Source of the DNA: Nitrospiraceae bacterium
Lineage (GTDB): Bacteria > Nitrospirota > Nitrospiria > Nitrospirales > Nitrospiraceae
Direction of reading: 5' to 3'
Length of the DNA stretch: 64,000 nt
Assembly: GCA_050246315.1 (NCBI GenBank)
Contig: JBFWWG010000003.1
Coordinates: forward strand, 320,001-384,000
Position numbers and translations under genes: made by a program. Each line of letters begins with the position of its first letter. Position 1 is the first letter of the stretch. This document shows, in pieces, positions 1 to 8,935 of the stretch. Below the pieces are notes generated by a model that made no database searches, had not been told where the DNA came from, and worked only from the letters and a program-made list of their open reading frames with translations.

Positions 1-2
1 GC

Positions 3-1619
3 CAGTTCGACGCGGCCATCGGAGAATGGAAGAAACTGGCCCAGGATGCCCCCAACGACGGCACGATCTATAACTCGATCGGCGACCTTCAGCTCAAGCG
101 CAACGCCAAATCCGAGGCCATCAACGCCTATCTCCAAGCCGCCAAGGCCTTTCGCGATGACGGCGCACCCCTCAAAGCCATCGCCGCCTACAAGAAGATC
201 TTAAAGATCGACCCGTCCCGGTACGACATCTACCGGTTTTTGGGCGACCTCAACGCCGAACGGGGCCTGCTCAGCAGCGCGGTGTCGGACTACCTGACGC
301 TGGCCAAATGGTATCTGAAGGAACGAAAAGGCAAAGAGGCCTTGGAGGTCTATCGACTGATCATCCATCAAGACCCCTCCAATCTGGATGCCCAGGAACG
401 GGTCGCGGAGCTCTGCGTCCAGGAAAATATGCAGGACGAGGCCATCAAGGTCTACTTGCACCTGGGACGAGAACGCTCCGCACAGGGCCGCACGACCGAA
501 GCCCGAGACGCCTATGCGGCGGCGTTACGGATCGATCCAAACAACCGTGAGGCCGAACAATTCGTCAACGCGGAAAAGCAGGTGACCCAGGAGGTGCTCA
601 AGCGAGGCCCCGCTCTCGCAGACAGCGAGTGCACCCGCACGGTCGCGGGCGCGTCCGCCCCCGGCGATCTGTTGGGCGAGGCAAGGCGCCGGATGGACGC
701 CGGGCAATACGAAGGTGCCGAAGCAATGCTGAGCCAGATGTTGTCGCGAGAACCGGGCAATCCGGAAATCTGCCGACTCTTGGCCCGTCTGCACCTCAAA
801 CAAGGACAGGTCAACGTCGCGCTGAACGAATATCGTTTCCTCGCCGGCTCCGCGCTTCGATCCCAGGAGTATGACCTGGCTGAATCCCTGATCCAGGAAT
901 TTCTCACGGTCGAGCCGCGCTCGGTCGCGCTCTTGGAGCTGCTCGGCGAGCTCTTCGAGGAAAAGGGAGACGGTCCCGTGGCGGCCCAACATTATGGAAC
1001 GGCGATCGCGGTGCTATTGGACCAGCCGGACCCGAGCCTTCCCTCGCTGCCGGGGGAGCTGTATGAAAAGGTGAGAGGACTCGACCCGGACGGAGCGGTT
1101 CGGGAAAAATTGGCGCCCATTTTCGAACCGAATGCTGCCCCGGTCTCGCAACAGGCGGCAAGCGCGTCGGTCGGCAAGCAAGCCAATCCAAGCGACACAT
1201 CCCCCTCGTCCACAGCCCACCAGGCTCCGACAACAGAGGCCGTTCCGATCGACCATCAGGTCCATTACCAATTGGGCATCGCGTTCAAGAACATGGGGAT
1301 TCCCGAGGAGGCGTTGGCAGAGTTCCAGGTGTCGGTCACGAATCCCCAACTGTATCTGGATTCCTGCCTCATGGTCTCTCAATGCCTTCGAGCATTGACA
1401 CGCCACCAGGAGGCGATCGCCCAACTCGAAGAGGCCCTACGACACCCGGACTGCGCCGGCGACAAGGCGCGCCTGATGCGATACGAGCTGGGCCTGTTGT
1501 ACAAGGCCGAGTCCCATGTCGAGAAGGCACTCAAGATCTTTGAATCCATCGCCGACTTTGCCGACGCCCGCGATCATCTGGAAGACCTACGCCAGCAACA
1601 AGCCGCTCCCTCAGCCTGA
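3..1619 (+). CDS. Tetratricopeptide-repeat protein (5' end lies before the window)
   Basis: Frame is open from base 3 (QFDAAIGEWKKLAQDAPNDGTIYNSIGDL...) into the 240..1619 ORF; repeated TPR-like units such as AIAAYKKILKIDP, AYAAALRIDPNN, HYQLGIAFKNMG. Confidence 0.85.
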   Translation, partial: QFDAAIGEWKKLAQDAPNDGTIYNSIGDLQLKRNAKSEAINAYLQAAKAFRDDGAPLKAIAAYKKILKIDPSRYDIYRFLGDLNAERGLLSSAVSDYLTLAKWYLKERKGKEALEVYRLIIHQDPSNLDAQERVAELCVQENMQDEAIKVYLHLGRERSAQGRTTEARDAYAAALRIDPNNREAEQFVNAEKQVTQEVLKRGPALADSECTRTVAGASAPGDLLGEARRRMDAGQYEGAEAMLSQMLSREPGNPEICRLLARLHLKQGQVNVALNEYRFLAGSALRSQEYDLAESLIQEFLTVEPRSVALLELLGELFEEKGDGPVAAQHYGTAIAVLLDQPDPSLPSLPGELYEKVRGLDPDGAVREKLAPIFEPNAAPVSQQAASASVGKQANPSDTSPSSTAHQAPTTEAVPIDHQVHYQLGIAFKNMGIPEEALAEFQVSVTNPQLYLDSCLMVSQCLRALTRHQEAIAQLEEALRHPDCAGDKARLMRYELGLLYKAESHVEKALKIFESIADFADARDHLEDLRQQQAAPSA

Positions 1620-1832
1620 GGCTGAATCCGACCGTTCCTACCCGCACACTGCCAGACCTCCATCCGGTTTTCATCAATCGGAAGAGCCTGAGAGATTTCG
1701 GGTTCTAGGTCCGGTCACTAAATACGTGTATTTTCTTCCTGTGCCTTCGTGCTCCCTCTTGTCGTCCTAACCTGCTCCTCTTGAAATTGAGACCACCTCT
1801 ACGACATGGTCCTGTGGACCGAGGAGGTGGCA

Positions 1833-2159
1833 ATGGTATCGGAATCAGCAGAACCGATTGAACGATGGACCCCGAGGCGCCGGGACGCGTTGGTGGTCAG
1901 CATTCTGAAGGGCGAGACCTCCGTGGCCGAGGCAGCTCGGCAGCACGGCCTGACCGTGGCGGAGGTGGAGGACTGGCGGGAGAAGTTTCTCCTCGGGGCC
2001 GAGAACGCGCTCCGGACTCGACCCCAGGACGAAGAGGCCGTGAAGGACGAGCAGATCAAGAAGTTGAAACAGAAAATCGGAGATCTGGTGCTCGACCACG
2101 ATATCTTACGGGAGGCGTTGAAACCCTATCCTGTGGACCGGAAGACATCCGACGCGTGA
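1833..2159 (+). CDS. IS3 OrfA (HTH plus coiled coil, DUF1153-like)
   Basis: RBS GAGGAGG before ATG 1833; ERWTPRRRDALVVSILKGETSVAEAARQHGLT helix-turn-helix, then IKKLKQKIGDL. Confidence 0.85.
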   Translation: MVSESAEPIERWTPRRRDALVVSILKGETSVAEAARQHGLTVAEVEDWREKFLLGAENALRTRPQDEEAVKDEQIKKLKQKIGDLVLDHDILREALKPYPVDRKTSDA

Positions 2160-2956
2160 GAGCGCACGTGTCGGGTGTCTCCGAGCGGCGGAGCTGCCAG
2201 GTACTCCGCGTGAACCGAGCCCGCTTGTACAGAGCCATCGGAACAACACGACGCCGAGGCCGGACCGCGCCGCCGTGGCTGGAGCGGTTGCGGCAGCTGA
2301 TCCAACAGTATCCGACGTTTGGGTACCGGCGGCTGTGGGTGCTGTTGCGATTTCGGGAGGGGCGTCTCATCAATCGGAAGGCCGTCTGTCGTGCGCTGAA
2401 ACAGAACGGGTGGTTCGTGCGTCAACGCGTCGTCACCCCACGCCCGCGTGTGAAGCGCTGGGTGAGCGAAGCCAGTCGGAGCAACGAGCGGAGGGCGATG
2501 GATGTCACCCATATTCCCTGTGGCCACGATGGCTGGACCCATCTGGCTGCGGTGATCGACTGTCACGATCGGGAAGTCATCGGCTATGAGGTCGCATTAC
2601 GCAGCCGAGCCAAGGAGGCGGAACGGGCCGTCGAAGCGGCCTGTCTCGCCCGCTTCGGGACCGTGCGTCCCAGTGGCGCTCCGGTTCTGCGAAGTGACAA
2701 CGGGCTGATCTTTCAGAGTCGCCGGTTTCGGCAAGCCTGTCGGGACTATCGGCTGCAGCAGGAAGTTATCACGCCCTACACGCCGGAACAGAACGGGATC
2801 ATCGAGCGGTTCTTTCGCAGTCTCAAAGAAGAGGGCGTCTGGCAGCATGTGTTCCAGACATTCGAAGAAGCGCGACCGGTCATTCGGCAGTGGCTCCAGT
2901 GGTACAACCACGAGCGGCCGCATCAGGCGCTCGGGTATCGAAGCCCGGTTCAGTAG
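2156..2956 (+). CDS. IS3 OrfB transposase (rve DDE), probably with a premature stop 10 codons early
   Basis: GTG overlapping the orfA TGA; motifs FGYRR, AMDVT, RSDNG, TPEQNGIIERFFRSLK, YNHERPHQALGY; TAG at 2954 is followed in frame by RAQQSPQVA-TGA (2986). Confidence 0.85.
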   Translation: MRAHVSGVSERRSCQVLRVNRARLYRAIGTTRRRGRTAPPWLERLRQLIQQYPTFGYRRLWVLLRFREGRLINRKAVCRALKQNGWFVRQRVVTPRPRVKRWVSEASRSNERRAMDVTHIPCGHDGWTHLAAVIDCHDREVIGYEVALRSRAKEAERAVEAACLARFGTVRPSGAPVLRSDNGLIFQSRRFRQACRDYRLQQEVITPYTPEQNGIIERFFRSLKEEGVWQHVFQTFEEARPVIRQWLQWYNHERPHQALGYRSPVQ

Positions 2957-3004
2957 CGGGCTCAACAATCACCGCAGGTGGCTTGATTTCCAGGGAGCAC
3001 TACA

Positions 3005-3047
3005 ACCTGTCGAAGCACACACATCGAGTTTTTCCGCAGGCTGTTAG
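3005..3047. repeat. Short dispersed repeat (IS-end/MITE-like), copy interrupted by the IS3
   Basis: ACCTGTCGAAGCACACACATCGAGTTTTTCCGCAGGCTGTTAG matches the reverse complement of 13006-13051. Confidence 0.75.
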
Positions 3048-3191
3048 AACTGCGCTAGTTGTCCTCTTCCCCAAAGCTTCACCGTTGGCACAAGACCGCC
3101 TGCCACTGATTGCCGACAGCTTCAGCCATTCAGCGTTGTGCAGACCTCCGACCTCAATCAATACGACAGGATGTGGCTATCGGAGGCTTTC

Positions 3192-4157
3192 TTACGTCAC
3201 TTGATTCGGGGCCGGGCGGCCGCTGAGCACCGCGTCGAGATTCTCCAAACAGATCTCGCCCATACGGACACGGGTGCGCCACGTCGCTGACCCCAGATGG
3301 GGCAGGGTGACCACGTGGGGATGATCCAGCAGATCGTGATGAATCGCCGGTTCGCGCTCATATACATCCAGCCCCGCACCGGCCAGCAGCCCTTGCTTCA
3401 ACGCGTGAGCCAGGGCCGCCTCATCGATGACCGGCCCGCGCGACGTATTGATCAAATATGCTGATCGCCGCATGAGGGACAGGGCCTGGGCATCGATCAG
3501 ATGGCGCGTCTCGTCGCTCAGCGGCACATGGAGGCAGACAAAGTCCGATTGCTCCAGAACCTGCCCCAACGACCCTCTCCGCCAGGTATCGGGCACTCCC
3601 GGAACGATGTCCTGACGAGCCGTATACAAGATAGGCATGCGGAAGCCGGCTGCCCGTTCCGCCACCGCCCGGCCGATGCGCCCCAATCCGATGATGCCCA
3701 GCGTGCGGCCGGTGACATCCGCCCCGAGCAGTTGCGTTGGTGCCCAGCCGGTCCAGAGGCGCTGCTGCACCATCGAATGACCTTCCGTCACCCGCCGCGC
3801 CACCGCGAGCAAGAGCGCCCAGGTCAAATCGGCCGTGGCGTCGGTCAGCACATCCGGCGTGTTGGTCACGATGATGCCTCGACGAGCGGCGGCAGCCAGA
3901 TCGATGTTATTGAACCCAACGGCATAGTTGGCGACGATCCTGAGCCGGCGTCCTGCGCTCAACGCGTCGTCGTCCATCCGCTCCGTAAGCGTGCAGATGG
4001 CCGCGTCCGCCTCTTTCACTCCAGCCAGCAACCGTTCACGTGCCGGCGGCTCGTCGCTCGGCTCGTCCATGAGGCGGTATCGTTCGCGCAACTGTGCCAT
4101 CACCGGTTCCGGTAATCGGCGTGCGACAAACACGCGAGGTCGCGGCGCTTCTGTCAT
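3192..4157 (-). CDS. D-2-hydroxyacid dehydrogenase (glyoxylate reductase/D-glycerate dehydrogenase family)
   Basis: AVGFNNID, TNTPDVLT, GIIGLGRIG, INTSRGPVIDE, AGLDVYEREP, LPHLGSAT. Confidence 0.93.
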   Translation of the reverse strand: MTEAPRPRVFVARRLPEPVMAQLRERYRLMDEPSDEPPARERLLAGVKEADAAICTLTERMDDDALSAGRRLRIVANYAVGFNNIDLAAAARRGIIVTNTPDVLTDATADLTWALLLAVARRVTEGHSMVQQRLWTGWAPTQLLGADVTGRTLGIIGLGRIGRAVAERAAGFRMPILYTARQDIVPGVPDTWRRGSLGQVLEQSDFVCLHVPLSDETRHLIDAQALSLMRRSAYLINTSRGPVIDEAALAHALKQGLLAGAGLDVYEREPAIHHDLLDHPHVVTLPHLGSATWRTRVRMGEICLENLDAVLSGRPAPNQVT

Positions 4158-4267
4158 CCCTCAAAACTCTTCACGTCATGCATCGACTCGCTATCCTACC
4201 GGGAGCGACCGGCGACCTCAATGACTCCGGAGCAGCACGGGCCATCGCGCCCGCGACACTACGCGGC

Positions 4268-4297
4268 TTGTCCTTGTGAAAGGGGACCGTCTAGAAT
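4268..4297 (+). promoter_or_regulatory. Candidate sigma-70 promoter for the FAD-oxidase operon
   Basis: TTGTCC-18nt-TAGAAT upstream of RBS GAGAGG and ATG 4322. Confidence 0.4.
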
Positions 4298-4321
4298 GTT
4301 GAGAGGAACTCACGAACCGTC

Positions 4322-7171
4322 ATGCCATTGATCCTTCCAGATACCCGTGCTTCCATTGCCAACGATCTTCGACAGCGATTGGGTCGTGACAAGGTCAAGG
4401 ACGACCAGTCGTCGCGCACAGCCTATGCCGTCGATGCCGGCATCTACCGGTTGACGCCGGATACGATCGCCTTGGTTCAGGACGAGGAGGATATCCAGAC
4501 CGTCGTCCGGTACGCGGTCGAGCGCGGTATCCCCTTAACCCCACGGGCAGCCGGCACCAACCTCACCGGCTCCGCCATCGGGACCGGCATCATCGTGGAC
4601 GTCTCGCCGATGCGTCGCATCTTGGAGGTCAACCGGGACGCAGGCTGGGCCCGAATCCAGCCGGGCATCGTCCTCGCCGAACTGAACAAGCAACTCGCTC
4701 CGCAGCAGGTCATCTTCGGCCCCGATCCCTCCAGCGGGGAAATGTGCAAGCTCGGGGGCATGCTGGCCAACAATTCGTCCGGTCCCCATACGTTGCGTTA
4801 TGGATCCGTGAAGGACAATGTTCAAAGCCTCCGGGTCTGCCTCTCTTCCGGTGAATGGCTCGATGCGAAGCCCTACCGGCTGACGGACCCGTCGCTCCAG
4901 GCGGCAATCGCTCGACATCCCGGCCTTGAGACGATCCGGACGCTTGTGGATCGGCACCGCGCGCTGATTCAGAGCAAGGCCCCGCGCGTCAGCAAGAACA
5001 GTTCCGGCTACAACCTGTTCGGCTTGGCCGATGGGTTTCAAGCCGGCATCTTCGATCTTCCCAAATTATTCATCGGCAGCGAGGGCACGCTCGGGGTGGT
5101 GAGCGAGGCGGTGATTACGTTGGTGCCAAGACCTACGGCGACGGTTACAGCCCTCATTCATTTTGCCCACCTGGACGAGGTCGGCGAGGCGGTTCCGCAG
5201 TTGCTGACGCTTCAGCCGAGCGCCCTTGAAATCATGGACGCCCACACGCTGGACCTGATCGGCCGTTCCCGCCACGGGATTCCGAGCGAGGCCGCCGCTA
5301 CGCTCCTCATCGAGCTCGACGAAGAAACAGGCCAGCCTTCTGTTCAAGAACGCAGCGCCCGCCTTCGGACCTTATGCCGGAGCTTCAAGCTGGCCGGCGA
5401 CATTGCCTTGGCCTTCGATCGCGAGGATCGGGACCAACTCTGGAAGGCCCGCAAGGCCCTCTATCCGACGTTGTATCGCTTCGATGCGAAGAAGAAGCCG
5501 ATCAACTATGTCGACGATGTCGTGGTCCGGGCCGAACGCATCAGCGAGCTAATCCGCTATTTGGACGGAGTCTTCTCTGGCGAACAGGTGCCGGTGGCGA
5601 TCTTCGGTCACATCGGCAACGGCAATGCCCATATCGTGCCGCTCCTTGATGTGAACGATCCCAAGGATTTCGACCGGATGGTCAGGACTTACCATGAGAT
5701 CCACGAGACGGTCCTGACGCGGTTCGATGGCTCCATTTGCGGCGAGCACGGGGATGGGCGTGTGCGGGCCGGCTACGTCCGGCGCATGTTCGGCGACGAG
5801 CTGTATCAGCTCTTCGTCCAGGTGAAGCAGGCACTTGATCCCTCCGGTCTGCTCAACCCCGGTGTCAAGCTCAGCGAGACGCCCTTTACCGAGCACATCG
5901 ACTATACGCGCCTCTCGAAGAGCTGTGCGACCTGCGCCAAGTGCAACGCGGTCTGCCCGGTCTACGATGTCTTCCAATCCGAAGACATGAGTTCGCGCGG
6001 TTGGTACGAAATCGTCACGGCCTCGGATTACAGCTATCTCGAATCCAAGCGGGTGGTGGAAGCTTGCCTCAATTGCAAGTCCTGCCGCACGGTCTGCCCG
6101 GCCGGTGTGGACGTGTCCGAACTGATCCTCCAAAAGCGCGCGGAGCGGCCGAACCAAGCCGCCGGCTGGATCTTTCGGTTGCACGCACACCCGAGATGGT
6201 TCGAGCCCCTGCTGAAACTGCTCGCCCGGACGCAACCTTGGTGGGACCGGCCGACCGTGCGGACTTGGATCGACCGAGTGACCAGGCCGTTCCTGCGACG
6301 GATCGCCGAGACGGCCCGGCTTGCACCGGACATTGCGCTCCCGGCCCTCGCGCACCGCCTCCTCCGAGACCGGCACCGGTCGTTGGTCCCCTCAGGCAAT
6401 CGACCCCCGCGGCGCGTCGCCTACTTCCATGGCTGCGCGGCCAACTACTTCGACGATGGAGTGGGCGATGCGGTGATCACGGTGCTGCGCCGGCTGAATC
6501 TGGAGCCGGACCTGCCGCCGCAACGCTGTTCCGGCACGCCGATTGAGACCTACGGCCATCGAGCCTTGGCCAAGGAGGGGGCTCGGTTCAACCTTCGCTC
6601 GCTGGCTCCTTATGAGACAGTGGTGACCGGTTGCGCCTCCTGTACATTGATGCTCAAGGACTATGCGCAGCTCTTCGCCGGCGAGCCGGAAGAGGCGGAA
6701 GCGCTCCGGTTGGCCGGCCGGGTCAGACATATTTCCGAGGTCGTGGCCGAGGCGCCGGTGCTCTCGGCATCTGCTTCGCGCCGTACCTCTCCCACCGGCG
6801 GACGTAAGGTCACCTATCATTCGTCATGCCACCTGCGGGCCGCAGGAGTCACCAAGCCACCGAGGCAGGTCTTGACCCAGCTTCCCGGAATCGAGTACGT
6901 GGAGATGGTCGATGCCGACCGATGCGCGGGAGGGGCGGGGACCTACCTCGTCAAGGACTATGAGACCTCACAACGCATCGTCGAGCGCAAACGGCGCGCC
7001 GTGGAGCAGAGCGGCGCGGAGGTCGTCGCGACCAGTTGCCCCGCCTGCATGATCCAATTGCGGACGGGCCTGCAGGGTCGGGCGGACGTGCAGCACGTGG
7101 CTCAATTGGTGGCGGACGCCCTGGGGGAGACGCCTTCACCTCACGAAAATGGAGGAGACGGGTCTGCGTGA
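4322..7171 (+). CDS. FAD-linked oxidase fused to 2x[4Fe-4S] and two CCG-type domains (GlcD/GlcF-like, D-lactate/glycolate dehydrogenase family)
   Basis: PRAAGTNL, LGGMLANNSSG, GSEGTLG, GHIGNGNAH, GEHGDG, DPSGLLNPG; CATCAKCNAVCP and CLNCKSCRTVCP; YFHGC..CSG..GCASC and YHSSCH..CAGG..SCPAC. Confidence 0.9.
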   Translation: MPLILPDTRASIANDLRQRLGRDKVKDDQSSRTAYAVDAGIYRLTPDTIALVQDEEDIQTVVRYAVERGIPLTPRAAGTNLTGSAIGTGIIVDVSPMRRILEVNRDAGWARIQPGIVLAELNKQLAPQQVIFGPDPSSGEMCKLGGMLANNSSGPHTLRYGSVKDNVQSLRVCLSSGEWLDAKPYRLTDPSLQAAIARHPGLETIRTLVDRHRALIQSKAPRVSKNSSGYNLFGLADGFQAGIFDLPKLFIGSEGTLGVVSEAVITLVPRPTATVTALIHFAHLDEVGEAVPQLLTLQPSALEIMDAHTLDLIGRSRHGIPSEAAATLLIELDEETGQPSVQERSARLRTLCRSFKLAGDIALAFDREDRDQLWKARKALYPTLYRFDAKKKPINYVDDVVVRAERISELIRYLDGVFSGEQVPVAIFGHIGNGNAHIVPLLDVNDPKDFDRMVRTYHEIHETVLTRFDGSICGEHGDGRVRAGYVRRMFGDELYQLFVQVKQALDPSGLLNPGVKLSETPFTEHIDYTRLSKSCATCAKCNAVCPVYDVFQSEDMSSRGWYEIVTASDYSYLESKRVVEACLNCKSCRTVCPAGVDVSELILQKRAERPNQAAGWIFRLHAHPRWFEPLLKLLARTQPWWDRPTVRTWIDRVTRPFLRRIAETARLAPDIALPALAHRLLRDRHRSLVPSGNRPPRRVAYFHGCAANYFDDGVGDAVITVLRRLNLEPDLPPQRCSGTPIETYGHRALAKEGARFNLRSLAPYETVVTGCASCTLMLKDYAQLFAGEPEEAEALRLAGRVRHISEVVAEAPVLSASASRRTSPTGGRKVTYHSSCHLRAAGVTKPPRQVLTQLPGIEYVEMVDADRCAGGAGTYLVKDYETSQRIVERKRRAVEQSGAEVVATSCPACMIQLRTGLQGRADVQHVAQLVADALGETPSPHENGGDGSA

Positions 7172-7419
7172 GGCTGAGAAGAATCGATCTGTTGTTTCTG
7201 GTCGGGGCACTGGCCGTGGTGATCGGGGTGTCGTTGTTGCCGTCGCCGCGGGACCGCAATCCCATGGTTCCGGCCACGCCGGACCACCGCAACCTGAGGT
7301 CGGAAGCCGAGTGCCTTTCTTGCCACGCTCCGGGTGGCAGCCGTCCGTTACCGGCGCGGCATCCCAAGCGGCCGGATTGTATTCACTGCCACCGGACAGC
7401 CGAGGGAGCTGCTGGTTGA
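7168..7419 (+). CDS. Small membrane-anchored diheme c-type cytochrome (83 aa)
   Basis: GTG overlaps the upstream TGA; N-terminal hydrophobic helix; CLSCH and CIHCH motifs, each preceded by an extra His. Confidence 0.8.
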   Translation: MRLRRIDLLFLVGALAVVIGVSLLPSPRDRNPMVPATPDHRNLRSEAECLSCHAPGGSRPLPARHPKRPDCIHCHRTAEGAAG

Positions 7420-7438
7420 GAAGGAGAGGACAGCCTTA

Positions 7439-7717
7439 ATGATCAGAATTTCAATTATCGGACCCGCCCTACATCAGTTGATCCAAGAGCCGGAAATGGA
7501 GCTGGACCTGGCCGCTCCAATGAGCGTGAAGAGTTTGCTGGAAGCCTATCCCGATCAACTTGGCCCTCTCTCGCCCTTGCTGCAAAACGCGGGACTTCTG
7601 ATCACGGTCAACCGCAAGATCGGCACGGCCGACACGATGGTCAAGGACGGCGATGCGGTGAAATTCACCCATCAAGCGGTCTTCAGCTATGACGGAGCCC
7701 GCTGGCACAACCCGTAG
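7439..7717 (+). CDS. MoaD/ThiS-like beta-grasp (ubiquitin-like) protein without C-terminal GG
   Basis: RBS AAGGAGAGG; MIRISIIG..SVKSLL..LITVNRK..VKDGDAVKF pattern; ends ...YDGARWHNP. Confidence 0.75.
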   Translation: MIRISIIGPALHQLIQEPEMELDLAAPMSVKSLLEAYPDQLGPLSPLLQNAGLLITVNRKIGTADTMVKDGDAVKFTHQAVFSYDGARWHNP

Positions 7718-7907
7718 CCTGTCCGACATTGACCGTTCTACTGCTCTACTGCGACAAACGAAGTGCGGTCATCTGCGTCGGGCTCGGCCAGAAACAATCC
7801 GAAGCACCCCTTGCTCCGGGACTGCAATGGGTCCAACGCATCGCGACTCCGCCAGCGCCATTTGGAGTTGAGAAGCAAATCGGATTGGATGGGAGAGCGA
7901 GAAGGAG

Positions 7908-8879
7908 TTAGGCAGAGGCGGCCAGAATGCCGCTGACCCGGCCCATGGCTCGGTACTTCTGCTCACGCTGCTGAATCAGGTCCCCCGGCGACAGGTCCTG
8001 CAATTCCTGCAGGGCTTGGGCGAATGCCTTTCCCAGCCTCGTCCCCATCAGTGCCGGATCCCGGTGAGCTCCCCCGATCGGTTCCGGCACGATCTCGTCC
8101 ACGATGCCGAAGTCCCGGAGGTCTTTGGCCGTCATCCGCAGAGCGACCGCCGCATCAGGCACTTTGGCCGGATCATCCCAAAGAATCGCGGCACAGCCTT
8201 CCGGGGAGATCACAGAGTAGACCGTGTGTTCGAGCATGAGCACACGGTCGGCCACCCCGAGCGCCAGCGCCCCGCCGCTTCCACCCTCGCCAATGATCAC
8301 CGAAACGACCGGCACCTTCAATTGCGACATCACGAGGAGGTTGCGGGCGATGGCCTCGGCCTGGCCCCGTTCTTCGGCCCCGATCCCGGGGTAGGCGCCG
8401 GGCGTGTCGATAAAGGTCAGGATGGGACGGTTAAACTGCTCCGCCAATCGCATCAGCCGGAGCGCCTTCCGATATCCCTCCGGGTTGGGCATGCCGAAAT
8501 TTCGTTGCATGCGCTCCTTGAGGGTCTTGCCCTTCTGGTGACCAATGACCAGCACCGACCGGCCCTCGAATCTGGCGAACCCGCCGAGAATGGCCCGATC
8601 ATCCCCATAAAGTCGGTCCCCGTGCAATTCCACAAACTCCTGGCAGAACTGAGTGATGTAATCGAGCGTGGAGGGGCGCTGGGGGTGCCGGGCGACCTGG
8701 GTGCGCTGCCAAGGAGTCAGATGGTGGTACAGCTCATGCTCGGTCTGAGCTAGTTTCGCTCGGAGCTTCCGGATCTCGTCCTGTGTCGAGGACTTGGCAG
8801 CGGTTCCGGAGGCCGTCAATTTCTCGATGCGTTCTTCGATGTCGCGGAGAGGCTTTTCGAACTCCAAGTAATCGCGCAT
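7908..8879 (-). CDS. accA: Acetyl-CoA carboxylase carboxyltransferase alpha
   Basis: LEFEKP, ARHPQRP, RNFGMPNPEGYRKA, GEGGSGGAL. Confidence 0.98.
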   Translation of the reverse strand: MRDYLEFEKPLRDIEERIEKLTASGTAAKSSTQDEIRKLRAKLAQTEHELYHHLTPWQRTQVARHPQRPSTLDYITQFCQEFVELHGDRLYGDDRAILGGFARFEGRSVLVIGHQKGKTLKERMQRNFGMPNPEGYRKALRLMRLAEQFNRPILTFIDTPGAYPGIGAEERGQAEAIARNLLVMSQLKVPVVSVIIGEGGSGGALALGVADRVLMLEHTVYSVISPEGCAAILWDDPAKVPDAAVALRMTAKDLRDFGIVDEIVPEPIGGAHRDPALMGTRLGKAFAQALQELQDLSPGDLIQQREQKYRAMGRVSGILAASA

Positions 8880-8935
8880 AGGGAGGCCTCAGGGTAGGAG
8901 ATATGGTGTCTGTCAGGTGGCGAGTATCAGCGGGC

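Larger units (their letters stand above)
1773..3004 (+). mobile_element. IS3-family insertion sequence, partly degenerate
   Basis: orfA plus orfB (DDE); right end ...GATTTCCAGGGAGCACTACA (3004) is an imperfect inverted repeat of left end TGCTCCTCTTGAAATT (1773); ACC on both sides (1770-1772, 3005-3007) fits a 3-bp target duplication. Confidence 0.9.

Noticed and set aside
1705..1730. CTAGGTCCGGTCACTAAATAC as an IS5-like terminus
   Set aside because: No partner inverted repeat or transposase remnant found in the window
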